Shown here: positions 53,146 to 64,000 of the stretch, piece after piece
Layout of the letters: each line of letters starts with the position of its first letter
How positions within the stretch are numbered: position 1 is the first letter of the stretch
Assembly: GCA_002269645.1 (NCBI GenBank)
Contig: NIVC01001286.1
Location: forward strand, 62,001-126,000
Length of the DNA: 64,000 nucleotides
Source of the DNA: Macrostomum lignano
Lineage: Eukaryota
Reading direction: 5' to 3'
Made by a program: the position numbers and the translations under genes
The notes under the pieces: model-generated
Database searches by the model: none
The model's input: only the letters and a program-made list of their open reading frames with translations
What the model was told of the DNA's origin: nothing

Positions 53146-53624
53146 TGACATTTTACCAGCAGCAGAAAATGTGCTACTTTGAACTTACATTTACATTTAA
53201 AGTAGAATTTTTCCTAGAACCGTATCGTAAGTCGGTGACTGCTTGTGCAAATCCCCTAGCATTTCAGCTTTTTGAACCCCGCGTGGGTGTCCATGGCTGG
53301 CAAAATGCGCATAAACGTATTTGACAGATTGCAGTCAGTGCGTAACCCCAAAAACTTCTGATTAGGATTCCGTCGGCTGTGCAGTACAAAATGATTGATT
53401 AATTATATAGAGTCCACTTGTCGGTCGGAAATGAATAAAATTCCTTGGATCAGCGCTTGGATCTGCATCTGATGGTGTGGTATCTAAACTGTTTACGTTG
53501 AACAGGGAAAATAAAATAATAAACACAGGCAGCGAGTAATTTGCACAATTGATATAAACATGTAAATTTACTGACGCGTTAGAGAAATCTTTGTAAAGTC
53601 AGAGAGGTTGAAATAGTTCCGATA

Positions 53625-54485
53625 CATGCAGCTTCCCACACTGAATCCCATCCCCCAACCAGAATTCCCCACACTAATCCCATCCCCCACCCAGAATTCC
53701 CACACTAAATCCCATCCCCCACCCAGAATTCCCCACATTGAATCCCATCCCCCACCCAGTATTCCCCACACTGAATCCCCGGCCATCCCCCAACCAATAT
53801 TCCCCACACTGAATTGCATCCCCCATCCAGTATTCACCACACTGAATCCCATGCCCCATCCAGTATTCCCCCACATTGAATCCCATCCCCCACCCAGAAT
53901 TCCCCACATTGAATCCCATCCCCCACCCAGTATTCCCCACACTGAATCCCCGGCCACCCCCCAACCAATATTCCCCACACTGAATTGCATCCCCCATCCA
54001 GTATTCACCACACTGAATCCCATGCCCCATCCAGTATTCCCCCACATTGAATCCCATCCCCCATCCAGTATTCACCACACTGAATCCCATCCCCCATCCT
54101 GTATTCCTTACACTGAATCCCACCCCACCCAGTATTCCCCACACTGAATCCCATCCCCCATCCAGTATTCCCCACACTGAATCCCACCCGGCACCCAGTA
54201 TTCCCAACACTGAATCACATCCCCCATCCAGTATTCCCAACACTGAATCCCACCCGGCACCCAGTATTCCCAACACTGAATCACATCCCCCATCCAGTAT
54301 TCCCAACACTGAATCCCACCCGGCACCCAGTATTCCCAACACTGAATCACATCCCCCATCCAGTATTCCCAACACTGAATCCCACCCGGCACCCAGTATT
54401 CCCCACACTGAATCCCATCCCCCAACCAGTGTTTCCCACACTGAATCCCACCCGGCACCCAGTATTTCCCTCACTGAATCCTTAG
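53625..54485 (+). repeat. About 33-bp C-rich minisatellite with higher-order structure
   Basis: Unit CACACTGAATCCCATCCCCCACCCAGTATTCCC; alternating dimer in the right half. Confidence 0.93.
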
Positions 54486-55519
54486 ATACCCTCAACCCTC
54501 ATTGGGCTAATTTTGGTGCACGAGACCCAAAATGAATGTGGCACCACGGCACTGAATGGAACCACACAGGGAATTGTCAAGGTCGCGCTTTAATTACCAC
54601 CTGCAATCCTGCATCTCAAACCCCCCTAAGTTAATTTAAATCGAATACATGCATATCTGTCAAACACTAGTCTGGCTGGGTACACTGATTTATAATTAAC
54701 GCTTGTTGCTAAGGCCCCGGGGTGTGTTGAGCTCTTGAAGCTCGAGTCGGACCAGGTGCAGAGCAAATGTGTGTGGGAGTGCGCGCCTGTCACTTTACAC
54801 AATGTTTACCTTGTCCAAGTGTTTGTATTCTTAGCCACGAGAAAGCCAATCTTTATCGCAGCTGGTTGAATACGCGTAAGACCGAGCTGACGTCTGGGCG
54901 ACGAGTGTCATTGTGCAAACTAACCAAGCTGTGTACAAAGTCAAGTGGAAAGGCCGGATCGATGGATCAATCGATCATGTATGTGCAGTAAAGTCAAAGG
55001 TTTTAGACTGAAGACTTACTCGTAAAATGCAAAGCTACAACGTAACGTTTATACCTGATATCAATTAGTTAAAATAACGGTGAAGACCCATTAAAAATGT
55101 TTTCTGAATGAAAATTATTCTTATTTTATTTGATTTCTACAAAAAACAACAACAGCCGTAAGTGAGTTATAAATATATTTTACAGAAATTAGGCATGAAA
55201 TTGCGTATTTTTCGTTGCATCGGTCTAACATGCATGGCACGAGAGCGTATAAAAATTATAGAGGAAATAAAAAAGTATTTAAACACTTTTGCTACGAGTA
55301 AATCACATGTTTAACACTGCATAACACACAATACTCTATGATGTATTGCAATATTACAGATTTGTGTACTAGGAATTAAGAACAATTTTATTGCATTTTA
55401 TTCTTATAATTGCTGTCTTATTAGCCATTCAGAAGTTGAAGTAGCCGCTGGAAATCAATATTCAATTCAATGTCTGGGTATACTCTCGCTTGAGGGGTAG
55501 CTGTTGAACAGAACAGATA

Positions 55520-55900
55520 GTGAAATGGCTGCAGAACTTAGGGGTAGAAAGGGACAGGGAGTGAGGTGGCTGCGGAACTGAGGGGTAGAGAGGGACAGGG
55601 AGTGAGGTGGCTGCAGAACTGAGGGGTAGAAAGGGACAGAGAGTGAGGTGGCTGCGGAACTGAGGGGTAGAGAGGGACAGGGAGTGAGGTGGCTGCAGAA
55701 CTGAGGGGTAGAAAGGGACAGGGACTGAGGTGGCTGCGGAACTGAGGGGTTGTAGAAAGGGACAGAGAGTGAGGTGGCTGCAGAACTGAGGGGTAGAAAA
55801 GGACAGGGAGTGAGGTGGCTGCAGAACTGAGGGAAAGAAAGGACAGGGAGTGAGGTGGCTGCAGAACTGAGGGGTAGGAAAAACAGGGAGTGAGGTGGGC
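55520..55900 (+). repeat. 41-bp G-rich minisatellite just 3' of the APCDD1 stop
   Basis: GTGAGGTGGCTGCAGAACTGAGGGGTAGAAAGGGACAGGGA units. Confidence 0.93.
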
Positions 55901-55991
55901 TGTAGAAGTACTGTCCGAGCTATATTATACTTTTAAATTTTCCGGCGCTGTAAATTTGTCACGTTCTGCAATAGCGGCCCCAGTTCTAGCA

Positions 55992-58900
55992 TCAGCAAGT
56001 AGATTGACGAATCAAATCAGAAAGGAATAGCACTATTAGAAGCAATAAGGCACCGGGCTCCGTTCTTCCAGCGGCGCTAATGCCTTCTCTTCCATTGGCA
56101 GACAGTTGCTTGTTCCAGTTGTAACCAAACGTTTGCCGCTGCTGCTGCTGCTGCTGTTGCTTCTGTCGCATCAGTTGCTGTCGCTGACTCGGGGAGTTGG
56201 CGCAGCGCACCAGCGGAGGCTGAAAGCTGGTCGGCCGTTTGGCCTTCCGCATCGGCTCCAGCGTGTTGGGAATGCCGCCGACGTACAACCAGGTTTGACC
56301 GTCTCTGAGCGACATCATCATCACCTACGAGACATGATTGCAGTCATAATTGCAGTGGCAGTTTGTTACTTTGCTACCTCGTAGTTTAGCATATCCTTAA
56401 ACTGTGTTATATATGCTCACTAGCTCTAAAGCTGTTTAATCTATTAATATGTTTAATGTCGGTTAGTAGAATTTTTCTAAGGAACATCATTTTCCTGAGG
56501 AAGTTAAGAAAATGACTGCAAAAAGTCAAAACCTACTATGTAGTCTTTGTTGCCTCCCCAATGAGGGGCTCAGATGGCTAGTTCATTTACTAAAAAGATG
56601 AAAGCTTCCAGAACCCCCAAATTAATGCGAGAACCCGGCAACTCACCTGCTCACTCTTCGTAGGCACGTGCAGTCGCAGATGATCGCAGCCGTTTGTGTT
56701 GGTGACATCCTGAGTTCGATTTATCCGCCAGGATGTCCTGCCGCAGCCGTAGCCAATGTAAGTGTTCATCTGGTTCAGGCTGCGCTGATCTCTAGGCGTG
56801 ATTGACAGGCCAGTGATGAGGAAGTCGAACTGCCTAGCATCTGGATTGTGCTCGTCAATGTCTCTGGAAATCACTCGTCCGGTGGCTGTGAAACTGAAGA
56901 ACGGTCTCTTGCACAATGGATCGTGAAAGTTGTTGTACGTGCCAGTCCACTGCTGCTCAGCGTCGTTATCAAAAACCAAGCGCCGAGTCACGTAGGTGTT
57001 CCTGGGCCGGCTCTCGCACACCGAGGACACCCATTCGCCGGTCGGATAGTCGGGCAGCAGTGTTTGCAGAAGAAGTATTGGCGGAGTTTTCAGGCTGGCG
57101 TGGAGCACCGGGTAGCATCCGGGACACGGGTCGTTCTGGAGAGAGTAATGTAAGGATCGCAGCTGGCTGGCATGTCTAGGTGTATCAAGAATGCTCGAGA
57201 TGTTTTTAACACGCATCAATTGAAGAGTGGCATTTTTCGTTTTAATAGGCGCCATTTTATAGTAATCGGTGCTATTTTATTTGTGCGGGTGCCAGCTCAT
57301 TTAAATTGGCGCCATTTTATTATAATCGGCGCCATTTTATTTGAATTGGCGCCATTTCATTTTAATCGGCGCCATTTTTTTTTAATCGGCGCTATTTTAT
57401 TTGAATCGGCGCCATTTTATTCGAATCGGTGCCATTTTATTTGAATCGGCGCTATTTTATTTGAATTGGCGCCATTTTATTTAAGTCGTTGACATTTTAT
57501 TTAATCGGCGCCATTTTATTTAATCGGCGCTATTTTATTTAAATCGGCGTCATTTGAATGAACTCCAGCCTCAGCTAAGCCCGGGAATCGAACCCCCGGG
57601 TGCTTTGAAACAAGACCCAAGAGTACCTGTTCCCCACGCACTTTCTAAGAAATGAATAAACGGTTTTACACTTTCTGAAAAAAGAACTTGAAAGTGATTT
57701 ATCTCCTTTATAAGACGTGTTGCATCTCATTAGCTGTGTACTTATAAAAATACTTCACGATTGAACTAGTGTATAAAACACCTGGATGGTTGATACATCC
57801 GATACAGACATCGAAAGAAGACAGGAAACGAAACAGAAACAGACGATTTGACAGACAGACTGTTACACAGGTGTCTAACCTATCTAAAACCCTCAAGTGT
57901 CGAATTTCTAACACAGTGGAACCGGACACAAACTTCATATTTGCAAGACTTTCGACTAAAACTGCGCAATTGAAAATACTGTCGGAGAACCGTGACCTGT
58001 TTTCTTTGGTAATAAAAGCAAACGGACTGACAAACTTCGCGCTACTGAAATTTAAGAAACTGAAATTTTTGTTAAAATGTGCCGTTTGTTTTTTGTCGCT
58101 AAGATGCGCAATGGATTTTTTTTAAAGGAAAGAAAGAAAATCTCGTCAGTAAAAAGACAACAAGCTTGACTTAAAATATTCATTAAAAAGTATAATATGA
58201 GGTATCTAAATATTAAAATATTTAAAACACCCTCGTACTTCGCAGAGGCTTGGTTCTATAAGAAAATTTAATTCATTTCACTTCGCATCGAGTAACTTGC
58301 AGGAAAAGTTCGGCTTTTTAGGGATAGCAATATCACCTTTTAAGGCAGGGGGGTTGTGTGCACCCTGGCGCACTTTAAGCGACATAGGCACACAACCGGC
58401 GAGAGGCATTACTGCCCGTTCCGCCGACTCCCCCCTGAGCAGGCACACAAGCGCGCGGATACGTACGCAGGCACACACTCACACAGGAATGTACAGCGGC
58501 CCTAACTTTATATTATCGTTAGGCGTGTACACTTCACTGCGCCTTGGGTCACGAGCAGAGCCAAGCCGAGATTCCAATTCAGCCCCAACTTAATGTGACT
58601 GCACTTGGAATCGAGCCTGGGCCGCTGGCACATCAGCGGCTAGACCAGGCTGCGGCCCATACGGGACTGGCAACTGCTAGGAGTATAGGATTTCTATTAA
58701 AATGGCTTGTCTTTGTAAGTAAGCTTTCTAAGAATTGCCTTACTTAGAAAGCTGACTCTGTATGGCAGAGATTCTTAGAAATTTACGACAGGTTTACCCG
58801 CCTGCGGCATCGCAGGCAACAATTGCGCCATACCCTTATCAGATTAAAAAAATAACAGTTGTTGTTTTCTCACAGGGTCGGGTTTCTCTCCAACAGCAAA

Positions 58901-60336
58901 TCTGCGCATCGACTGATATAATTGCCTGTTTCAGTGCTGCATTGATATTCATTATTTTGTATCTGGCTTTAGTTTGTGTTTTGGCAAATACTTACTGACA
59001 TCTGTGTCTAGCGGTTATTCCTGTCTGTAGATCTAACCCTTATTCTTGTCTATAGCTCTGCCCTTTTCCTGTCTGTAGATCTACCCTATTCCTGTCTGTA
59101 GATCTACCCTTTTCCTGTCTGTAGATCTACCCTATTCCTGTCTATAGATCTGCCCTTTTCCTGTCTGTAGATCTACCCTTTTCCTGTCTGTAGATCTACC
59201 CTATTCCTGTCTGTAGATCTACTTATTACTGTCTGTAGATCTACTCTGTTCCTGTCTGTAGATCTATTCTGTTCCTGTCTGTAAATCTACCCAATTCCTG
59301 TCTATTGATCTACTTATTTCTGTCTGTAGATCTACCCAATTCCTGTCTATAGCTCTACTCTTTCCTGTCTATAGATAGACCCTATTCCTGCCTGTAGATC
59401 TACCTTATTCCTGTCTGTAGATCTATCCTATTCCTGTCTATAGATCTACTTATTACTGTCTGTAGATCTACTCTGTTCCTGTCTGTAGATCTCTTCTGTT
59501 CCTGTCTGTAAATCTACCCAATTCCTGTCTATAGATCTACCTTATTCCTTTCTATAGATCTACCCAATTCCTGTCTATAGATCTACCCTATTCCTGTCTA
59601 TAGATCTACCATATTCTGTCCGTAGATCTACCCTATTCCTGTCTATAGCTCTACCCTTTCCTGTCTATAGATAGACCCTATTCCTGTCTGTAGATCTATC
59701 CTATTCCTGTCTATAGATCTACCTTATTCCTGTCTATAGATCTGTTTTTTTTTTACGCCTCTAGATATAGGCTCCCAAACTGGTCCATAGATCAACTTTA
59801 TGTCTCTCTCTAGATCTACCATATTTTAATTTCTAGATCTCAAAATTTTCAATTTGAGATTAATTCTTAAGATCGAATCTCAATCATAGATGACTGACTA
59901 TCTATACAATAGATGCCACAAAGTCATTCATCATCACCAGCAGCTCACTCACATTCGCGTCCTCAAGAGGCGGCTGAAACCCGGATGGCCGGTGCCTTCG
60001 GCGCTGTTTCATATTAGTAGCAATTTCGCCCAGGTGCAACTGGCGACGCTTCCTTGCTGAAGCAGCCGCTGCCGCAGTCGCGTCCCCAGAAGCAGAAGAT
60101 TCTACAGACTCTTCAATTCTTAGCAGCAAAAACTCGTTTAAGTTGAAGCCCAGCTTCTCTGTACAGTCGAAATCCATCAGTACAGATTTTTTGTACTCAA
60201 CATACACCAGGATGTCGCGTGGAACTCCGTCCGCGCGCCAGACCTCCCGGTTGCGGCCGAAGCGGTAACGACAGACTGAACTGACCCGCGACTGCAGGTA
60301 AACTGCCGCCTCACTGGTGTAGGGCAGGACTGTCAC
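55992..60336 (-). CDS. APCDD1: APCDD1-like Wnt modulator, 3' three exons; 5' exon(s) not located
   Basis: Exons 60336-59953, 57135-56647, 56324-55992, all phase 0. Motifs DCTEKLGF, LHLGEI, RPSGFQPPL, CPGCYPV...PPIL, GEWVSSVCESRP, DPLCKRPFF, QDVTNTNGC, RPTSFQPPLVRC match the duplicated APCDD1 domain; hydrophobic C-terminus. Confidence 0.85.
57225..57555 (+). repeat. 20-bp minisatellite (AATCGGCGCCATTTTATTTG)n
   Basis: Directly visible. Confidence 0.9.
58340..58670 (-). mobile_element. SINE family B copy
   Basis: Reverse complement aligns with 29386-29735. Confidence 0.78.
59000..59745 (+). repeat. 23-bp minisatellite (TTCCTGTCTGTAGATCTACCCTA)n
   Basis: Directly visible. Confidence 0.94.
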
Positions 60337-60429
60337 CTGCTCGTGCGAGACAGGGGTGTCGTAAAGATTAGGAATGCGAATTCGCCTTGCTGATGATAAT
60401 AGATTCGGTTGCTGATTTGGCTGCTGTGT

Positions 60430-60935
60430 TTCTTATCTCCCCCAATCCTTCTCTCTCCTCCTTCTCCCTTCTCTCCTTCTCTCCCCTCCCTCCTTCTCTC
60501 CCCTATCTCCTCCTCTCCCCTCTTTCCTTCTCTCCCCTCCCTCCTTCTCTCCCCTCCCTCCTTCTCTCCCCTCTCTCCTTCTCTCCCTCTCTCCTTCTCT
60601 CCCCTCTCTCCTTCTCTCCCTCACTCCTTCTCTCCCTTCTCTCCTTCTCTCCCCTCTCTCCTTCTCTCCCCTCTTTCCTTCTCTCCCCTCTCTCCTTCGC
60701 TCCCCTCTCTCCTTCGCTCCCCTCTCTCCTTCTCTCCCTCTCTCCTTCTCTCCCCTCTCTCCTTCTCTCCCCTCTCTCCTTCTCTCCCCTCTCTCCTTCT
60801 CTCCCCTCACTCCTTCTCTCCGCCTCTCTCCTTCTCTCCCCTCCCTCCTTCCCTCTTCCTTTCCTTCTCTCCCCCCTCTCTTCTTTTCTCCCACTCTCCG
60901 TCTCTCCCCTATCTCCTCAATTTCTCACCTCTCTT
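60430..60935 (+). repeat. Polypyrimidine (TC-rich) tract
   Basis: Directly visible. Confidence 0.95.
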
Positions 60936-61729
60936 TTTTCATCCTATCATTAAGTCAATCATACGAGTCAATCGTAAGTCAATAGCCAACTAAGTATCCC
61001 ATACAAAAAATCAATAACTTGATGCAAGGAAAGTAAAGTCCAATAACATTTGAGATGATATTGAAAAGAGAATTAATTCAGCCAATTGGTATTACGAGCT
61101 AATTGAGCCAACTTTCACGGTTGCCTTTACAAATTATGGCAACTACAGAGTAAACTAGATAGAGAGAGAGAGAGAGTGAAGGGAGAGGGATACAACTTCA
61201 TCCAAATAGCTTCCCATCCCGTGTGAAAAGAATGTCTTTGAACAAAAAACTTTGCCAGCTAACACAGGTAGGGGGAAGGGGGTTGAAGCAGAGTTGGTGC
61301 CCACTGGAGCAAGCGACTCAGAACATTAGCAGCACCTTTAAACTATTGATGCAATACGCATTTCTGCGGGAGTATTGTCACAGAGAAAGCGAGTGACTGA
61401 CTGAGCGAGAAACTCCTGAAAGCCATTAGAGTTGACAACATAGCATCGACAAGTCTGTCCGGTTGCCAAGGATTTGGGTGGCGGGGAGGGGGTTGAGCCG
61501 TGAAGCGATGAATGAACTTTCCTAATTTTCTCTTTTTTCTTTCTGCATTAAAAATAGATGCCAATATTTTGTAGGCAGGCCGGGCGTGGCTCTGCTCCGG
61601 ACTTAACAGGAAGCTGGGCTTAAGGTGAACGTGATGAGGCATCGGTGATGGACAGGGAGCTGAACTGATGAACTGAGGGCAGGACTGGGGGACATCGAGA
61701 AGGGATATAAAAGAGAGGAGAGATGAAAG

Positions 61730-62645
61730 ATTAGAGAGGAGAGACAAGAGATAAGTAATGAGAGATGAGGATTGAAGAATGAGAAAGCGAGAGCAGAGGG
61801 CGGAAATGAGAGAAAAGAGAGCTGAAAGGAGAGAGGAGATACGCGTAGGGGAGATGGGAGAGGAAAGAGCTGAGAGGAGAGGAGAGAGGGGAGATGAGAG
61901 AGGAAAGAGCTGAGAGGAGAGGAGAGAGGGGAGATGAGAGAGGAAAGAGCTGAGAGGAGAGGAGAGAGGGGAGATGAGAGAGGAAAGAGCTGAGAGGAGA
62001 GGAGAGAGGGGAGATGAGAGAGGAGAGAGCTGAGAGGAGAGAGGGGAGAGGAGAGAGGAAGAGGAAGAGGGAGAGGGGAGAGGAGAGAGGAAGAGGAAGA
62101 GGGAGAGGGAGATGAGAGAGGAGAGAGGGAAGTTGAGGGAGGGGAGAGGGGAGATGAGAGAAGAGAGAGGAGAAAGGAGAGAGGGGAGAGGAGAGAGGGA
62201 AGTTGAGAGGAGAGAGGGGAGAGGAGAGGAAAGAGGGGAGATTAGAGAGAAGAGAGCTGAGAGGAGAGGAGAGAGGAGAGAGTAGAGAGAGGAGAGGGAA
62301 GAGGGGAGAAGAGAGAGTAGAGAGGAGAGGGGAGAGAGGGAAGAGGGAGATGGTGATGGAGAGGGAGAGGGAGAAGAGAGAGTAGAGAGGAGAGGGGAGA
62401 GAGGGAAGAGGGAGATGGTGATGGAGAGGGAGAGGGAGAGGGAGAGGGAGAGGAGAGAGGGAAGTTGAGAGGAGAGGGGGAGAGGAGAGGAAAGAGAGGA
62501 GAGGAGAGAGGAGAGAGTAGAGAGAGGAGAGGGAAGAGGGGAGAAGAGAGAGGGAGAGGGAAGTGGAGAGAGGAGAGAGGGGAGAGGAGAGAGGAGAAAG
62601 GAGAGAGCTGAGAGGAGAGAGGAGAGAGGAGAGGCGAGAGATGGC
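61730..62645 (+). repeat. Polypurine (GA-rich) tract
   Basis: Directly visible. Confidence 0.95.
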
Positions 62646-63114
62646 GGATAAATAGAGAGACGAGAGCATACTACAGCAGACAAGATAATTTCCCCTAAAA
62701 AAGCCAAGTTTTACAATTATAAATGTCACTTTACACCTTACAGGCACTTAAAAGCAACGCCAGCTTCATTGCCCTGCCGCCAGACCCCTAGCTAGTCTTA
62801 AGCGTTTGCCTCCACTAAATAAATGAGTCACTTGATTTGCAGGCTAAATGACACTTTGCAGTGCGAATTGCGATAGCAGGTCCAGCGGCCACCCAAAACA
62901 AGTTAATTAGCCCCGAGGGAAAAGTGCTGTTGCATTAGTTTGCTTAAAACTGCCCCCAGGAGTCGCTGCTCCTTATTAGTCTTGCCTGAACTTTGATTGT
63001 TTTATTGCTGGCATGAGTCACTTCGCTCTCTGTGTCAGCCAGTATTTTGTAGTACTGAATCTGAAGTTTGCAGTTTTATTGCTGGAAAGTGGTGACATTT
63101 CCTTTTTAAAATGG

Positions 63115-64000
63115 CGCTTAAATGGCGCCAAAATTTTGTGTCAGAAGACACTGAAATCGAATGACAAAAGGCGCCTAAATTTAAGTGTCAAAAAGCTTCT
63201 ACATAAGTGTCAAAAATCGCTTAAATTGAGTGTCAAAAAAACGCCAAATTTGAGTGTCAGAAAGCGCCTAAATTGAGTGTCAAAAAGCGCCTAAATTAAG
63301 TGTCAATTGGCGCCTAAATTGAGTGTCAATTTGCGCCTAAATTGAGTGTCAAAAAAGCGCCTAAATTGAGTGTCAAAAAATCCAAATTTGAGTGTCAGAA
63401 AGCGCCTAAATTGAGTGTCAAAAAGCGCCTAAATTAGGTGTCAATTTGCGCCTAAATTGAGTGTCAAAAAAGCGCCTAAATTGGGTGTCAGAAAGCGCCA
63501 AAATTGAGTGTCAAAAAGCGCCTAAATTGAGTGTCAAAAAAGCGCCTAAATTGAGTGTCAGAAAGCGCCAAAATTGAGTGTCAGAAAGCGCCTAAATTAG
63601 GTGTCAAAAAGCGCCAAAATTTAGAGTAAAAAAGCGCCTAAATTAGGTGTCAAAAAAGCGCCAAAATTGAGTGTCAAAAAGCGCCTAAATTAGGTGTCAA
63701 AAAAGCGCCTAAATTTAGTGTCAATTGGCGCCTTAATTGAGTGTCAATTTGCGCCTAAATTGAGTGTGAAAAAAGCGCCTAAATTGAGTGTCAAAAAGCG
63801 CCAAAGTTGAGTGTCAAAAAGCGCCTAAATTAGGTGTCAATTGGCGCCAAAATTTAGAGTAAAAAAGCGCCTAAACTGAGTGTCAAAAAAGCGCCTAAAT
63901 TGGGTGTCAAAAAGCGCCTAAATTAGGTGTCAATTGGCGCCAAAATTTAGAGTAAAAAAGCGCCTAAATTGAGTGTCAAAAAAGCGCCAAAATTGAGTGT
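63115..64000 (+). repeat. 23-24 bp minisatellite (AAAAAGCGCCTAAATTGAGTGTC)n, runs off the right edge
   Basis: Directly visible. Confidence 0.95.

Noticed and set aside
57225-64000. GGCGCC cores in two minisatellites as E2F-like binding arrays
   Set aside because: Only a partial match to TTTSSCGC, units are otherwise unrelated, and nothing else supports function.

Overview
Eukaryotic (animal) genomic DNA, not prokaryotic: genes are split by GT-AG introns and many introns are filled with micro- and minisatellites. The style (GC-rich coding exons, kb-long (TATC)n, many 16-41 bp minisatellites, RTE LINEs) suggests the flatworm Macrostomum lignano or a relative; this is inference, not shown. Exons were joined by hand with reading-frame phases checked. 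Genes found: two tandem kynurenine/glutamine aminotransferases (-), an ADAM17-like sheddase (+, about 11 exons), two tandem Mab-21/cGAS-like nucleotidyltransferases (cGLR-like, +), ERG28 (-), FIS1 (-), a divergent calcineurin-B/CHP-like EF-hand gene (+), and the 3' part of an APCDD1-like Wnt modulator (-). Mobile DNA: a decayed DIRS-order (tyrosine recombinase) retrotransposon, a decayed Gypsy element, RTE and CR1/L2 LINE fragments, three tRNA-derived SINE families and several MITEs. The most interesting signal is the cGLR pair. It has an almost invariant Mab-21 core, but unalignable introns, a swapped active-site-proximal segment, a hypervariable post-core block and unrelated C-termini, which looks like a mosaic, diversifying innate-immune sensor family. 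Two sharply CpG-depleted domains lie at gene 5' ends. Most long ORFs in the supplied track are translations of tandem repeats.
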